DNA of 64,000 nucleotides from an uncultured delta proteobacterium (lineage in GTDB: Bacteria; Desulfobacterota; Binatia; UBA9968): assembly GCA_963727625.1 (NCBI GenBank), contig CAVSHR010000005.1:352001-416000 (forward strand), in the 5' to 3' direction. Shown piece by piece: positions 1-10,332 of this stretch. Each line of letters opens with the position of its first letter. Positions within the stretch are counted from its first letter, which is position 1. Made by a program: the position numbers and the translations under genes. Below the pieces are notes generated by a model. That model searched no databases. It was not told the origin of the DNA and saw nothing but the letters and a program-made list of their open reading frames with translations.

Positions 1-1
1 G

Positions 2-193
2 CACAAAGAGTTTGTCCTGAAGCAGTTCGACACCGTGTTGCTGCAATCCGGCGAGCCCTACCAGCTATGCAACACCGGCAGCGGGAGAATGCTGTTGCTC
101 GGCGCCGGCAATTCGGGAGTCGACGGCAAGCCCAGAACCCGCGTGCCGAAAATTCCCAGTCACGTGCCGGTCACAGATCCGATTCTTGCGTGA
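2..193 (+). CDS. 3' end of a probable cupin-domain protein (starts before the window)
   Basis: Frame 2 is open from the edge: HKEFVLKQFDTVLLQSGEPYQLCNTGSGRMLLL...DPILA*. This resembles the second cupin motif. The stop overlaps the convergent MFS end. Confidence 0.55.
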   Translation, partial: HKEFVLKQFDTVLLQSGEPYQLCNTGSGRMLLLGAGNSGVDGKPRTRVPKIPSHVPVTDPILA

Positions 194-1439
194 TGTTGGC
201 GTAATCGGCGGCGTGGCGGGCAATCTCAGCGTGATACCTACGATTGATGATTAGCAGCCCCGCCGCGGCGACGATGCAAACTGCACCGCACAGGGCGAAG
301 GTCCATTCGATGCCGATACCTGCCGCAGCGGTGCCGATGATCACGCTGCCCAGCGACCACAGCCCGCGGTCCATAAAAAACAGGCTCAGCACCCGCCCCA
401 GCAAATTCGACGGCGTCGCGGTTTGAATTGCCGTGTTGGCCAAGGCGCGCCCGGAGATTTGCGAAAACCCGATCATCGCCAGGAAAAAAAACGACAAGAA
501 AAAATAGTGGGAAAAAGCGAACAAAGTCAGAAATAACGCGAAGCCCATGGCGCTGTAGCAAACCGGCCGGACCCCGACATGGAGTTTCTTTAACGAGGCG
601 AGCGTGAGCGCTGCCACGGTGGCGCCGAGTCCCGGCGCGGACATGAGCACACCGAAGCCGGACGCCCCGACGTGCAATACATTGGTGGCAAAGATCGGTA
701 CAAAGCGATTGTAGGGCGCGCAGAAGGTGGCGATGACGTAAGATAACCCGACGATGGAAAGCAGGCGCCGGTTGCCGAGCAAATAATTAAATCCTTCCTT
801 GACGTCGACCCAGAGACTCGGCTCATCGGCGCGCTTTTCCCAGGGCGGAAGCTCCATCAAGTAAAGATTAAACAGCAAAAACACGAAGCTGATCGCGTTC
901 ACCAGAAAACAACCGGCGATGCCGATGTAGGCGATGATGATGCCGCCCGCGGATGGTCCAAGAATCTTGGAGAAATTGAAAACCGAAGACTGCAGGCCGA
1001 TGGCGTTGAGCAATTCCTCTTTGGGCACCAAGCTGTTGACCAGCGACTGGCGCGCCGTTTGATTGATCGTGTTGACAACGCCAAGAAAGAACGCTAGCGC
1101 AGCGATGTGCCAGAGTTGAATCACGTCAAACTGCACCGCCAGCCAGTATACGATGGCTTGGGTCATCGCTGCCGACTGAGTGATCATCAAGACGCGTCGG
1201 CGGTCAAATCGGTCCGCGATGGCGCCGCCCAGGGCGCCGACCAACAACCGGGGCATCGTATCGAAAAAAGCCACCACGCCGATCGCCACCGGCGATTTAG
1301 AAATATGCCAGACCAGCCAGCTTTGGGCGACGTTTTGCATGAAATCGCCCGAGCTGGAGATCAGCGCACCTTCCAGCAGGAGACGGAAGTTACGATGCCT
1401 GAGAGAGCGCAGGGTTCTAAGATTCCGTAGACTTGGCAT
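171..1439 (-). CDS. MFS transporter (MFS_3/EntS-like efflux family)
   Basis: About 12 hydrophobic segments, SLRHRNFRLL N-terminal motif, GAIADRFDRRR motif A, LLGRVLS motif. Start trimmed to ATG 1439 because the longer ORF runs into the divergent gene. Confidence 0.9.
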   Translation of the reverse strand: MPSLRNLRTLRSLRHRNFRLLLEGALISSSGDFMQNVAQSWLVWHISKSPVAIGVVAFFDTMPRLLVGALGGAIADRFDRRRVLMITQSAAMTQAIVYWLAVQFDVIQLWHIAALAFFLGVVNTINQTARQSLVNSLVPKEELLNAIGLQSSVFNFSKILGPSAGGIIIAYIGIAGCFLVNAISFVFLLFNLYLMELPPWEKRADEPSLWVDVKEGFNYLLGNRRLLSIVGLSYVIATFCAPYNRFVPIFATNVLHVGASGFGVLMSAPGLGATVAALTLASLKKLHVGVRPVCYSAMGFALFLTLFAFSHYFFLSFFFLAMIGFSQISGRALANTAIQTATPSNLLGRVLSLFFMDRGLWSLGSVIIGTAAAGIGIEWTFALCGAVCIVAAAGLLIINRRYHAEIARHAADYANITQESDL

Positions 1440-1611
1440 GTTTGACCTAAGTTGCTTGTGATCGCTATTCTTACGCGACCGCGCCGGGTTTGCAAAGCCA
1501 CGGCAACTCCGAGCTTGACGCGAATTGTATCGCGGTGCGGCGCAGCCTATGATGGCTGCAGATTCAGCCGCGTCAATTGCGCTCGAATAGAACTTACGCC
1601 GGAGGCAGGCA

Positions 1612-2130
1612 ATGTTCCAAATGCCGATCGTCGACTTGCTCGCGCGCGGGCGCGAGCTTGCTGAAACTGGCAGACGCGTGAGCGTCCTCTGGCAGCACGC
1701 CGACACATTGGTGTTTCTCGCCCGCGGGCGCGAGTACCGGAGCGAATTTCACATCAATCCGAGCGACGAAACCATGCAGATAATCAAAGGCGAGATGCGC
1801 CTGCACTACCGCACGCCGGAAGGCAAAGAGGAGGTGGCGGTGATCCCGCAAGGCGCGATCATCTATACACCCGCCGGGACGCCGCACTCGCCGCGCTTCC
1901 CGCCGGACGCCTTCGCGCTCATCTCCGAGCGCAAGCGGCGAGCCGGTGAGATTGACCGTTTTCACTGGTACTGTGCGAAGTGCGATGCGCTTCTTCACGA
2001 AGAAAGTTTCGTCGTGGAAGACTACGCCCTGGACCCGGTCTCGAAAGCGTACCAGCGCTTCTTCAGCAGCGAAGAGTTTCGTACCTGCAAGCAATGCGGC
2101 GCAGTCATGCCAGGCCCGGATTCGCTCTAA
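1612..2130 (+). CDS. 3-hydroxyanthranilate 3,4-dioxygenase-like cupin (divergent)
   Basis: Fe ligands FH-x5-E and PHSP, ISER motif, and rubredoxin-like CxxC...CxxC (CAKC, CKQC) typical of bacterial 3-HAO. Confidence 0.8.
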   Translation: MFQMPIVDLLARGRELAETGRRVSVLWQHADTLVFLARGREYRSEFHINPSDETMQIIKGEMRLHYRTPEGKEEVAVIPQGAIIYTPAGTPHSPRFPPDAFALISERKRRAGEIDRFHWYCAKCDALLHEESFVVEDYALDPVSKAYQRFFSSEEFRTCKQCGAVMPGPDSL

Positions 2131-2194
2131 GCGTGATAAGGGATCGTATGGGTGATTCGGCTGTGGGTGAGAAAAGCGATCCCAATCTTGAAGG

Positions 2195-2266
2195 TTTGAA
2201 CGAATCGCCCGAGGTTTGAACGTCGTGAACGGAGCGCCACGGTTGAACGGTTTGAACTTTTTGAAC
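2195..2266 (+). repeat. Cluster of six (T/G)TGAAC short direct repeats between convergent genes
   Basis: tttgaac, tttgaac, gtgaac, gttgaac, tttgaac and tttgaac occur within about 70 bp. Confidence 0.6.
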
Positions 2267-2279
2267 GCTTGACCGGGAC

Positions 2280-3266
<987 letters not shown>

Positions 3267-3301
3267 AGAAAGATTACTGTTAGCGCCGATGGAGAGAGAT
3301 C

Positions 3302-3325
3302 GAGGGCGACGCCGGTCGCCCCTGC
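3302..3325. repeat. Degenerate GTAG-type REP palindrome
   Basis: gagggcgac-gccg-gtcgcccctgc resembles the palindrome at 25180-25207. Confidence 0.5.
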
Positions 3326-3372
3326 ATTATTGGTGATCTTTGCGTTCTTTGCGGTTAGTTCTTCTTGGTTTC

Positions 3373-4839
3373 TTACTTCAGCAAGTAGCCGAATTGCTCC
3401 CGCGCCTTGCGCACGATCTCCTGGCTCGGCGCGTTCACCCGGGGGAATTTGTCGCGCCATTCGAAGGGCCGGGTCGCGTCGATGACCATACGTGAATTGG
3501 TGAAGTCGCGGACCTTGCGCTGCTCGGGCGTGAGCCGCGGGTCGGCCGGCGTGCTGCGCATGCGTCGCAGGATGTCCACAGAAGTCGCCGGATCGTAGCG
3601 CGACAGCATGGCCCACATCAGCTGATCCAGATTGGACACGTCGATGTCGTCGTCGACGACGATCACCATTTTGCAGCCGTACACGCTCGCGCCGCAGCTC
3701 GCCGCCAGCACTCCGACTTGCTTGGCGTGCCCCGCATAGCGTTGCTTTATGGCGAGCGCGATCAGCATGCGCGAGGCGCCGATCTCGTGCGACCACACCT
3801 GCGTCACTTCGGGCACGCCGGCGGCATAGAGTTGCTGTTTGAGCATGGCCGAGCGCATGATCGCGCGATAGCGCGCCATTTCGTCCGAGCCGCCGCCGAT
3901 GGGCGGCACCCCGAGAATGATCGGATCATTGCGATGATAGATCGCTTCGATCTCCAGCACCGGCTGGGCGCTCTCGTCCGAGGCGTAGTATCCGGTCCAC
4001 TCGCCGAACGGCCCTTCGAATTTGCGGTTGTCGTTGTTCAAAAAACCCTCGAAGACGATCTCCGAGTTGGCCGGAAACGGCAGACCGGTGATTTTCCCGC
4101 GCACGCATTCAACCGGCTTGCGGCGCATGCCGCCGACGATGTCGTACTCGCACAGTCCGTAGGGTTGCTCCGTTCCAGCCATGAAGAAAAACAGCGGATC
4201 GCCGCCGATGACGAGAGCCAGCGGCATCTTCTCGCCGCGTTTGAAATATTTTTCCCGGTGCATGTAGCCATGCTTGCCGGGCACCATCAGCAGGCTGACG
4301 CTCTTCTGATCCTGGACCATGGCGCGATAGCAGCCGGCGTTGACCCATTTTTCGTCCGGGTCCATGGTGACGGAAAAACAGCCGGTGCCGATATAGCGCC
4401 CGCCGTCGTTGACATGCCAGACCGGCGTAGGGAATTTCATGATATCGACATCGCCGCCCGTGCGAGCGTTTTCGAATACCGGCCCGTCCTCGACGATCAC
4501 CGGCGGAATAGGTTTCGGATCTTTCTGGTAGTGGGCGAAATAGGCGTCGCTCAATTCCTGCTTGGTCAACCCTTGAGGAAAACCGAGCGTCATCGCGCGC
4601 CGCTTGCCGGCAAAACAATTGATCAATAAGCGATACCCCTTCGGGCAACCCGGCACTTCGTCAAAGATCACCGCCGGGCCTTCGTCGGGCGGCACGACGA
4701 CGTCGGTCGCCAAGCCGATCTCCTCCTGCCAGGAGGCGCCGAGAACGGTTTTGAGCTCGCCGAGCTTTTCGGCTTCGCGCATCCATTCGCGCAGGTCGGT
4801 AAAAGCAATGTACGGTTGAATCTTTGCGCTGTCGAACAT
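3373..4839 (-). CDS. UbiD-family (prFMN-dependent) decarboxylase
   Basis: DLREW start, DGGRYIGT, CYR, EGPFGEWTGYY, VVDDDIDV and IDAT motifs. Confidence 0.92.
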   Translation of the reverse strand: MFDSAKIQPYIAFTDLREWMREAEKLGELKTVLGASWQEEIGLATDVVVPPDEGPAVIFDEVPGCPKGYRLLINCFAGKRRAMTLGFPQGLTKQELSDAYFAHYQKDPKPIPPVIVEDGPVFENARTGGDVDIMKFPTPVWHVNDGGRYIGTGCFSVTMDPDEKWVNAGCYRAMVQDQKSVSLLMVPGKHGYMHREKYFKRGEKMPLALVIGGDPLFFFMAGTEQPYGLCEYDIVGGMRRKPVECVRGKITGLPFPANSEIVFEGFLNNDNRKFEGPFGEWTGYYASDESAQPVLEIEAIYHRNDPIILGVPPIGGGSDEMARYRAIMRSAMLKQQLYAAGVPEVTQVWSHEIGASRMLIALAIKQRYAGHAKQVGVLAASCGASVYGCKMVIVVDDDIDVSNLDQLMWAMLSRYDPATSVDILRRMRSTPADPRLTPEQRKVRDFTNSRMVIDATRPFEWRDKFPRVNAPSQEIVRKAREQFGYLLK

Positions 4840-5160
4840 TTTCGCTCCTTCTTTCTCTCTTCGATGGCGCTACCCTAGCACAAACTAGGACCGCAGGAAA
4901 ATTCGCTATGGCGGCGTAGCCGCGAATTAAAGACCAACCTTTACTTTGACGCGAAGTGGAAGCGGTTCACTCCTGCTTATGTAGACGGCCGATTCGAACC
5001 GACACTGAATTAACCGGCCGAGCGCGGCGATGAGCCATCGCGTGATCGGACATGCGACATTTGCGGGTTGATTCGCTCGGGGGCTTCAGTAGAATGAGTG
5101 AAGGTTGAAAAGGGCCAACGAATTGCCAGCCATAACGCGCTAAAAAGTGAGGAGCAGACC

Positions 5161-6228
5161 ATGATCGTCGATGCCGATGCCCATGTCGTGGAAACTGAGC
5201 ACACCTGGGATTTTTTGGATGCGGCCGAAAAAAAATTTCGTCCGCAACTCTTCAGCTCCACCGACAACCCCAACATGCAGTACTGGTTCGTCGAAGGAAA
5301 GTCTATCGGCTTTCGCCCGCCGACGCTGACCGAGCAGGAGCTCATCGCCCTGTCCAAGGAAACCGGACGGGAACTGAAGACTGCCCCCGAGGCGCGTGAA
5401 CTGCGTGATGTCGAGCTTCGTTTAAAGCACATGGATAAGCTTGGCATCGACGTGCAGATTTTGTTCAACACCATGTGGATCGCCCGCGTCGCCGACAAAG
5501 CCGAAGCAGAGATCGCGTTGTGCAAATCGTGGAACCGCTGGATGGCCGAAGTCTGGAAGCAAGGCAACCATCGCCTGCGCTGGTCCTGCGTCGTGCCAGC
5601 GATGACCTTGAGCGAGGCGCTTGACCAGATGCGCTACGCCAGGAAAAACGGTGCGGTAGCCGTGAGCCTGCGTCCCTTCGAGGACGACAAACATCTGGTC
5701 GATCCGTACTTCTACCCGATTTATGAAGAAGCGACGCGACTCGATATGGCCGTCGCCGTGCACATCGCCAACGGTAGCCCGCAGCTCCTGGATCAGTTCA
5801 AACCGCGCTACGATAAGATGGGTGGCTTCGCCCAGTTTCGCATTCCGACAGTTATCACTTGTTTGTCGCTGATGATGAGCGAAGTGCCCAAGACTTTCCC
5901 GAAATTGCGCTGGGCATTTGTCGAAGCCTCGGCACAATGGGTTCCCTGGGTCGTCAAAGAAGCAACCCGCCGCACCGGCGCCAAAGGCTATCCCAAGCTA
6001 CCGTTCAAGGAATTCAACATCTATGTGACAACGGAAACCAATGACGATTTCGACTACGTGCTGCGCTATGCCGGCGAAGATAACGTCGTTATCGGCACCG
6101 ACTACGGCCACACCGATGCGTCGAGTGAAGTCGACGCGATCGATATTTTCCGCGCCAATGATTTGGTCGTCGATCCGGTCAAGAAAAAAATTCTCGACGA
6201 CAACCCGCGCCGGTTGTACGGGCTATAG
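5161..6228 (+). CDS. Amidohydrolase_2 family protein (ACMSD/LigW-like decarboxylase or hydratase)
   Basis: DADAH metal motif, VAVH, FPKLRWAFVE and GTDYGH. GAGGAG RBS precedes ATG 5161. Confidence 0.9.
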   Translation: MIVDADAHVVETEHTWDFLDAAEKKFRPQLFSSTDNPNMQYWFVEGKSIGFRPPTLTEQELIALSKETGRELKTAPEARELRDVELRLKHMDKLGIDVQILFNTMWIARVADKAEAEIALCKSWNRWMAEVWKQGNHRLRWSCVVPAMTLSEALDQMRYARKNGAVAVSLRPFEDDKHLVDPYFYPIYEEATRLDMAVAVHIANGSPQLLDQFKPRYDKMGGFAQFRIPTVITCLSLMMSEVPKTFPKLRWAFVEASAQWVPWVVKEATRRTGAKGYPKLPFKEFNIYVTTETNDDFDYVLRYAGEDNVVIGTDYGHTDASSEVDAIDIFRANDLVVDPVKKKILDDNPRRLYGL

Positions 6229-6662
6229 GCGACTTGGTTAGACAGAGTAGAGCGTGGGGCAGCTTCTCAAATCGGCAGCCGCCCCACGCTTTTTCCAGCC
6301 GTGCAACCCGATTCCGCGCCTATTCAATTGTCCGAAGTACGATGTCGTTTCACGATGCTCGTTTCAGCGTGCTCATCCAAGAACTTCTCACATTTCAACG
6401 AATTGGCTTCTCCCCTGTTTTTTCCGCACATCAAGATTCCCCCTCTGTTTAAGTCGTCGGAGAAATCGATTCAATCTGAGCGTGTTTGGAAACCCAGCGG
6501 TAGGGACAAAATCCGTGCGGACCGGAACGCTCCGGTTCCGGTGGCGGATATTTTCGTTGTTATTACCTTTAACTTAAGCCTATAATTCAGCCATCGGATG
6601 GACGGCCTTTGGAGAGACGTCTGTCCTGCGGTGTCCAACAATAATCCAATGAGGAGACCTGT

Positions 6663-7145
6663 ATGGCTGTCATCAAGAAGATTTTGGCACCAACGGACTT
6701 GTCCGAGGTTTCGGCCAGCGGAATAAAGTACGCCTGTAATCTGGCTAAAGATGTCGGTGCAGAAGTAATCATCGTCAATGCCATCAAAGTGGAGGAGCTC
6801 ATGTCCGTGTTCCGACAATTACAAGACAGCCCCTCTGCTCAATGGGATCAAGCGAATGCGCTAGAAGAACGGCTCGTGGATCGCCACAGACAGCTGCTTG
6901 AAGAGTTTGTGAAACGCCAGGTTCCTGAGGTTGGGTCGGGTTTAAACGTACGCAAAATTGTCGAAGTCGGCGAGCCCTATTCGACCCTTGTCGATCGGGC
7001 AAAGAAAGAAAAAGTCGATCTGATCGTGATGTCCACCCATGGACGCAGCGGAATACCCCGGATGATGCTGGGTAGCGTGACGGAAAGAGTTCTCCGAAGT
7101 TCGCCTTGTCCTGTATTAGCAATTCCTTTGCCTCAGGAGAACTGA
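6663..7145 (+). CDS. Universal stress protein (UspA family)
   Basis: KILAPTDLS, DLIVMSTHGRSG, LGSVTERV and CPVL motifs. GAGGAG RBS. Confidence 0.95.
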   Translation: MAVIKKILAPTDLSEVSASGIKYACNLAKDVGAEVIIVNAIKVEELMSVFRQLQDSPSAQWDQANALEERLVDRHRQLLEEFVKRQVPEVGSGLNVRKIVEVGEPYSTLVDRAKKEKVDLIVMSTHGRSGIPRMMLGSVTERVLRSSPCPVLAIPLPQEN

Positions 7146-7174
7146 ACTACCCTCGGCTCCAAGCCGGGGGGTTC
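7144..7174. repeat. Hairpin resembling an IS200/IS605-family terminal palindrome (orphan)
   Basis: gaactaccctcggct-cca-agccgggggggttc forms a GC-rich stem. The AACTACCC...GGGGG shape is typical of IS605 ends, but no tnpA, tnpB or iscB follows. Confidence 0.4.
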
Positions 7175-7208
7175 CGAATTTGTCGACTGGAAGTCGACTT
7201 CTGTTTCC

Positions 7209-7293
7209 GTCATTGTGGCGCATGCCGGAATCCATGGGGTTTTTTGTTTTCGGACCGAGAGGGAACCTGGATGCCGGCGTTTGCCGGCATGGC
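7209..7293. repeat. REP-like bipartite palindrome (GTCATT...GGAATCCA / TGGAT...GGCATG type)
   Basis: gtcattgtggcgcatgccggaatcca pairs imperfectly with tggatgccggcgtttgccggcatggc. Confidence 0.55.
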
Positions 7294-7511
7294 TAACTTT
7301 CACTTTGCCGGAAAGCGAGGGATCTCAACCATCCCCGAAAGGGTTATTAAAAGCAAGCGTGTCCGTCATTAACGTTCGCTTATGATAAGAAGTGGAGTTG
7401 ATGCAACCGAGAGGATCTCGAAGGTAGAAACTTCCGGCTCTGCTGCCATGATGACATCATTGACACCGTCAGATACTCAACGAGGGCAAAGCTGAAGGAG
7501 CCGGTCGTACC

Positions 7512-8882
7512 ATGGCCAAAGATCTCCGTAGTTTCATCGCTGAATTAGAAGCCCGGCATCCCGAAGAAATCGCCCGCGTCGCAAAGTCGATTTCGCCGCG
7601 CTACGAGATCACCGCGCTGCTCACTCAACTGGAAAAGATCAAACGGTTTCCTCTGCTCTACTGCGAGAAGGTCGAAGGCAGCGACGCGCCGGTGGTGATC
7701 AATGCTCAGTCAAGCCGCAAACTGATGGCGCTCGCGCTGGAATGTAAAGCGGAGGCGCTGGCCGCGAATTTCACCGAGCGCCAGGGCAGGCCGATCGCGC
7801 CCGTCGAGGTCAGTGACGCCCCGGTGCAAGAAGTGATCAAAAACGGCGATGAAGTAGATTTGACGAAAGTCCCGCTGCTCACCCACTACGATGTCAACGC
7901 CGCTCCCTACGTCACCGCCGGCATCGTTGTCGCGGCCGACCCCGACACCGGCGTGCGCAACACCAGCTACAATCGCTTGATGATGGCGGGCAAGCGCGAG
8001 CTGCGCATCTTCATGGCCATTGGCCGCCATCTCTGGACGCTGCACAACAAGTTGGAACGGCGCAATGAGGCTTTGCCGATCGCCATTGTCGTCGGCGTTC
8101 ATCCATTGTTCTCTCTCGGTGCTCAAGCGTTCACCCCCTCGACCGAAGACGAATATGCGGTGATCGGCGGCATGATGGGAGAAGCGCTGCGCGTCGTCAA
8201 AGCGAAGACCCTGCCGATCTTGGTTCCCGCCGACGCGGAGATGGTGCTCGAAGGAAAAATCTTGCCCAACTTGCGCCGGGAAGAAGGTCCCTTCGGCGAA
8301 TTTACCGGCCACGCCGTCTCCAAGGACGATCGCCAGGTCATTGAAGTGACGGCAATAACCCATCGCGAAAGTTATATTTTCCAGGACGTCCACGCCGGCT
8401 ATACCGAGCATAAACTGATGGGCGCTGTGCCGCGCGAAGCGGCGCTGATCAAAGCCGTGCGCCAGACGGTACCGACGGTGCGAAACGTTTGCATGCCGGT
8501 CTCCGGCAACTGCCGCTTTCACGCTTACATTTCGATTGCCAAGCGCACACCGGGACAAGCCAAGAACGCCATCTGCGCCGCCTTCGCCGCCGACATGCTG
8601 CTCAAGCATGTGGTCATCGTCGATGACGACATCGACGTCTTCGACGAAGAGCAAGTCTTATGGGCGGTGTCGAACCGTTTTCAAGCCGATCGCGGTCTGA
8701 TAGTGATTGCCAATGCTCAGGGTAGCGAGCTCGATCCGTCGGCGGGCCCCGGCGGCGTCAACGCCAAGATGGGGTTGGACGCGACCAAACCGCTCACCGG
8801 CTTTGCACCGGAACTCAGAGTGCCCGTAGAAGTGATGAAGAAGATTCGCTTGGAAGATTTTCTGCCAAAATTTGCCAAGTAG
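7512..8882 (+). CDS. UbiD-family decarboxylase (second paralog)
   Basis: DLRSFI, SYNRL, EGPFGEFTGH, IVDDDIDV and KMGLDAT motifs. AAGGAG RBS. Confidence 0.92.
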   Translation: MAKDLRSFIAELEARHPEEIARVAKSISPRYEITALLTQLEKIKRFPLLYCEKVEGSDAPVVINAQSSRKLMALALECKAEALAANFTERQGRPIAPVEVSDAPVQEVIKNGDEVDLTKVPLLTHYDVNAAPYVTAGIVVAADPDTGVRNTSYNRLMMAGKRELRIFMAIGRHLWTLHNKLERRNEALPIAIVVGVHPLFSLGAQAFTPSTEDEYAVIGGMMGEALRVVKAKTLPILVPADAEMVLEGKILPNLRREEGPFGEFTGHAVSKDDRQVIEVTAITHRESYIFQDVHAGYTEHKLMGAVPREAALIKAVRQTVPTVRNVCMPVSGNCRFHAYISIAKRTPGQAKNAICAAFAADMLLKHVVIVDDDIDVFDEEQVLWAVSNRFQADRGLIVIANAQGSELDPSAGPGGVNAKMGLDATKPLTGFAPELRVPVEVMKKIRLEDFLPKFAK

Positions 8883-9096
8883 CAGCAGATCTAACGCTGC
8901 ACAGTTCGATCCAAGTCAATCAAACCCATCGTATTGATCAGGATTTCCCTCGCCACACGTCATCGCGGGAGACCGGGCCGGGGTGACGGAGAGTCCGAGC
9001 CCGGACCCTCACCCCTTCCCACTGCCGCTTTGCAGGAAAAGGAGAAGAGGCCCGGCTCTTCCGCAACTTCATCGATCGTATTCCGAATCACGCGGT

Positions 9097-10068
9097 TCAC
9101 TCCAACGAGAACGACATCCCAACCTGATGCTCCAGCGCCCAACGGCACGCCCACGCTGCCGCCGTGCTGTCCCACAACGACATGCCCACTGATTCGAACA
9201 CAATTGTCTCCGACTCATTGCGCCGCGCGGTAACTTTTCCTAGCAGTACCTCCCCTAGCTCCGCGGCGATGTCATCGCCGGACCATGAGCCCTCGGCGAT
9301 CATCGCGGCATAGGGTTGGCGCGGCGCCTCGCCGCCGAGAACTTCTTCCTTCCAAGAAACGATGACACGCGAATTCTTGACCGTCTCGGCGGGCAATTGC
9401 CCGCTGGTGATTGAAATCACCAACGCGCCGGACTCGATCCAGTCGGGTTCGATGATCGTCGAACGACAACTGGTCGCCAGACTGACAATCGGCGCATGCT
9501 CCACCGCCTTGCGCGGACTGTCCACCGCTTCAACCTCGACACCAAGCCAAGAGCTCATTGATTTAGCAAAGCTCTCGCGATGCTCGCGCGTCGGGCTGAA
9601 GACTCTGACTCGTCTTAACGAGGGCAACGCGCGTCGAATCGCCAAAAGCTGCCCGCCCGCCTGGCGGCCGCTGCCGATGAGCCCGAGGGTATCGGCTTCT
9701 GCAGGCGCCAGATACTGGCTCGCTACGCCCGCCGGAGCGCCGGTGCGCCAGACGTTAAGCGCCGTACCGGCAACAAGCGCGAGCAGATCCCCCCGATCTT
9801 CATCGAAGAGCAAGATAAAATAGGCATCCCTGGCGCCGCGAAACAGCGCGCTGACGCGCATCCCCTGTCCCGCGCCCGGAACCGCCGAGGTGGTGATGCG
9901 ATATTTTTTCTTCGGGTTGGTCAGGCTGGTCTCCAATCGCACTTGGCCGGCCACTGCGCCGCTGTTGAAAGCCCGTAAAGATTCTTCGATGCAAACTAAC
10001 AGGCCATCCATATTCGATGGGTCGCTCAATAAAAGCGCTAAATCCTTTTCGCCTAGCAAAATTGGCAT
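9097..10068 (-). CDS. Ornithine cyclodeaminase / mu-crystallin family protein
   Basis: WRTGA, LGLIGSGRQA Rossmann motif, ELGEVL and FESVGM motifs. AGGAGG RBS. Confidence 0.88.
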   Translation of the reverse strand: MPILLGEKDLALLLSDPSNMDGLLVCIEESLRAFNSGAVAGQVRLETSLTNPKKKYRITTSAVPGAGQGMRVSALFRGARDAYFILLFDEDRGDLLALVAGTALNVWRTGAPAGVASQYLAPAEADTLGLIGSGRQAGGQLLAIRRALPSLRRVRVFSPTREHRESFAKSMSSWLGVEVEAVDSPRKAVEHAPIVSLATSCRSTIIEPDWIESGALVISITSGQLPAETVKNSRVIVSWKEEVLGGEAPRQPYAAMIAEGSWSGDDIAAELGEVLLGKVTARRNESETIVFESVGMSLWDSTAAAWACRWALEHQVGMSFSLE

Positions 10069-10260
10069 TCAGACCTCCTAATCTAAGTCGACCTGTATCA
10101 GGACGATTAATATTTGTTATAGAGTATTGGGCCGACGGCTTAAAATTTGCTCCAGGGAGTTTTGTTCGGCCCTTACCTTTTTAACACAAATTCTTGAAAA
10201 TGTTGTCCAAAGGAATCGATTCTCGTGACCAGAGATGCAGGAGCCACGCCCAAGTCAGGG

Positions 10261-10289
10261 TTGACATGACAAACCTTCGCAGATACCTT
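10261..10289 (+). promoter_or_regulatory. Putative sigma70 promoter of the amidase-actin unit
   Basis: Perfect TTGACA, 17-nt spacer, then TACCTT, about 45 nt upstream of the amidase start. Confidence 0.55.
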
Positions 10290-10332
10290 TTGTAAGTTAC
10301 CGATTTTATTCCCAAGTTTGATGCCGGCGGCG

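Noticed and set aside
2195-2266. CRISPR array
   Set aside because: Repeats are only 5-7 bp with irregular short spacing, and there are no cas genes.
8945-9050. Degenerate CCCTCACCC-type REP or terminator between convergent genes
   Set aside because: The arms are too imperfect to define an element confidently.
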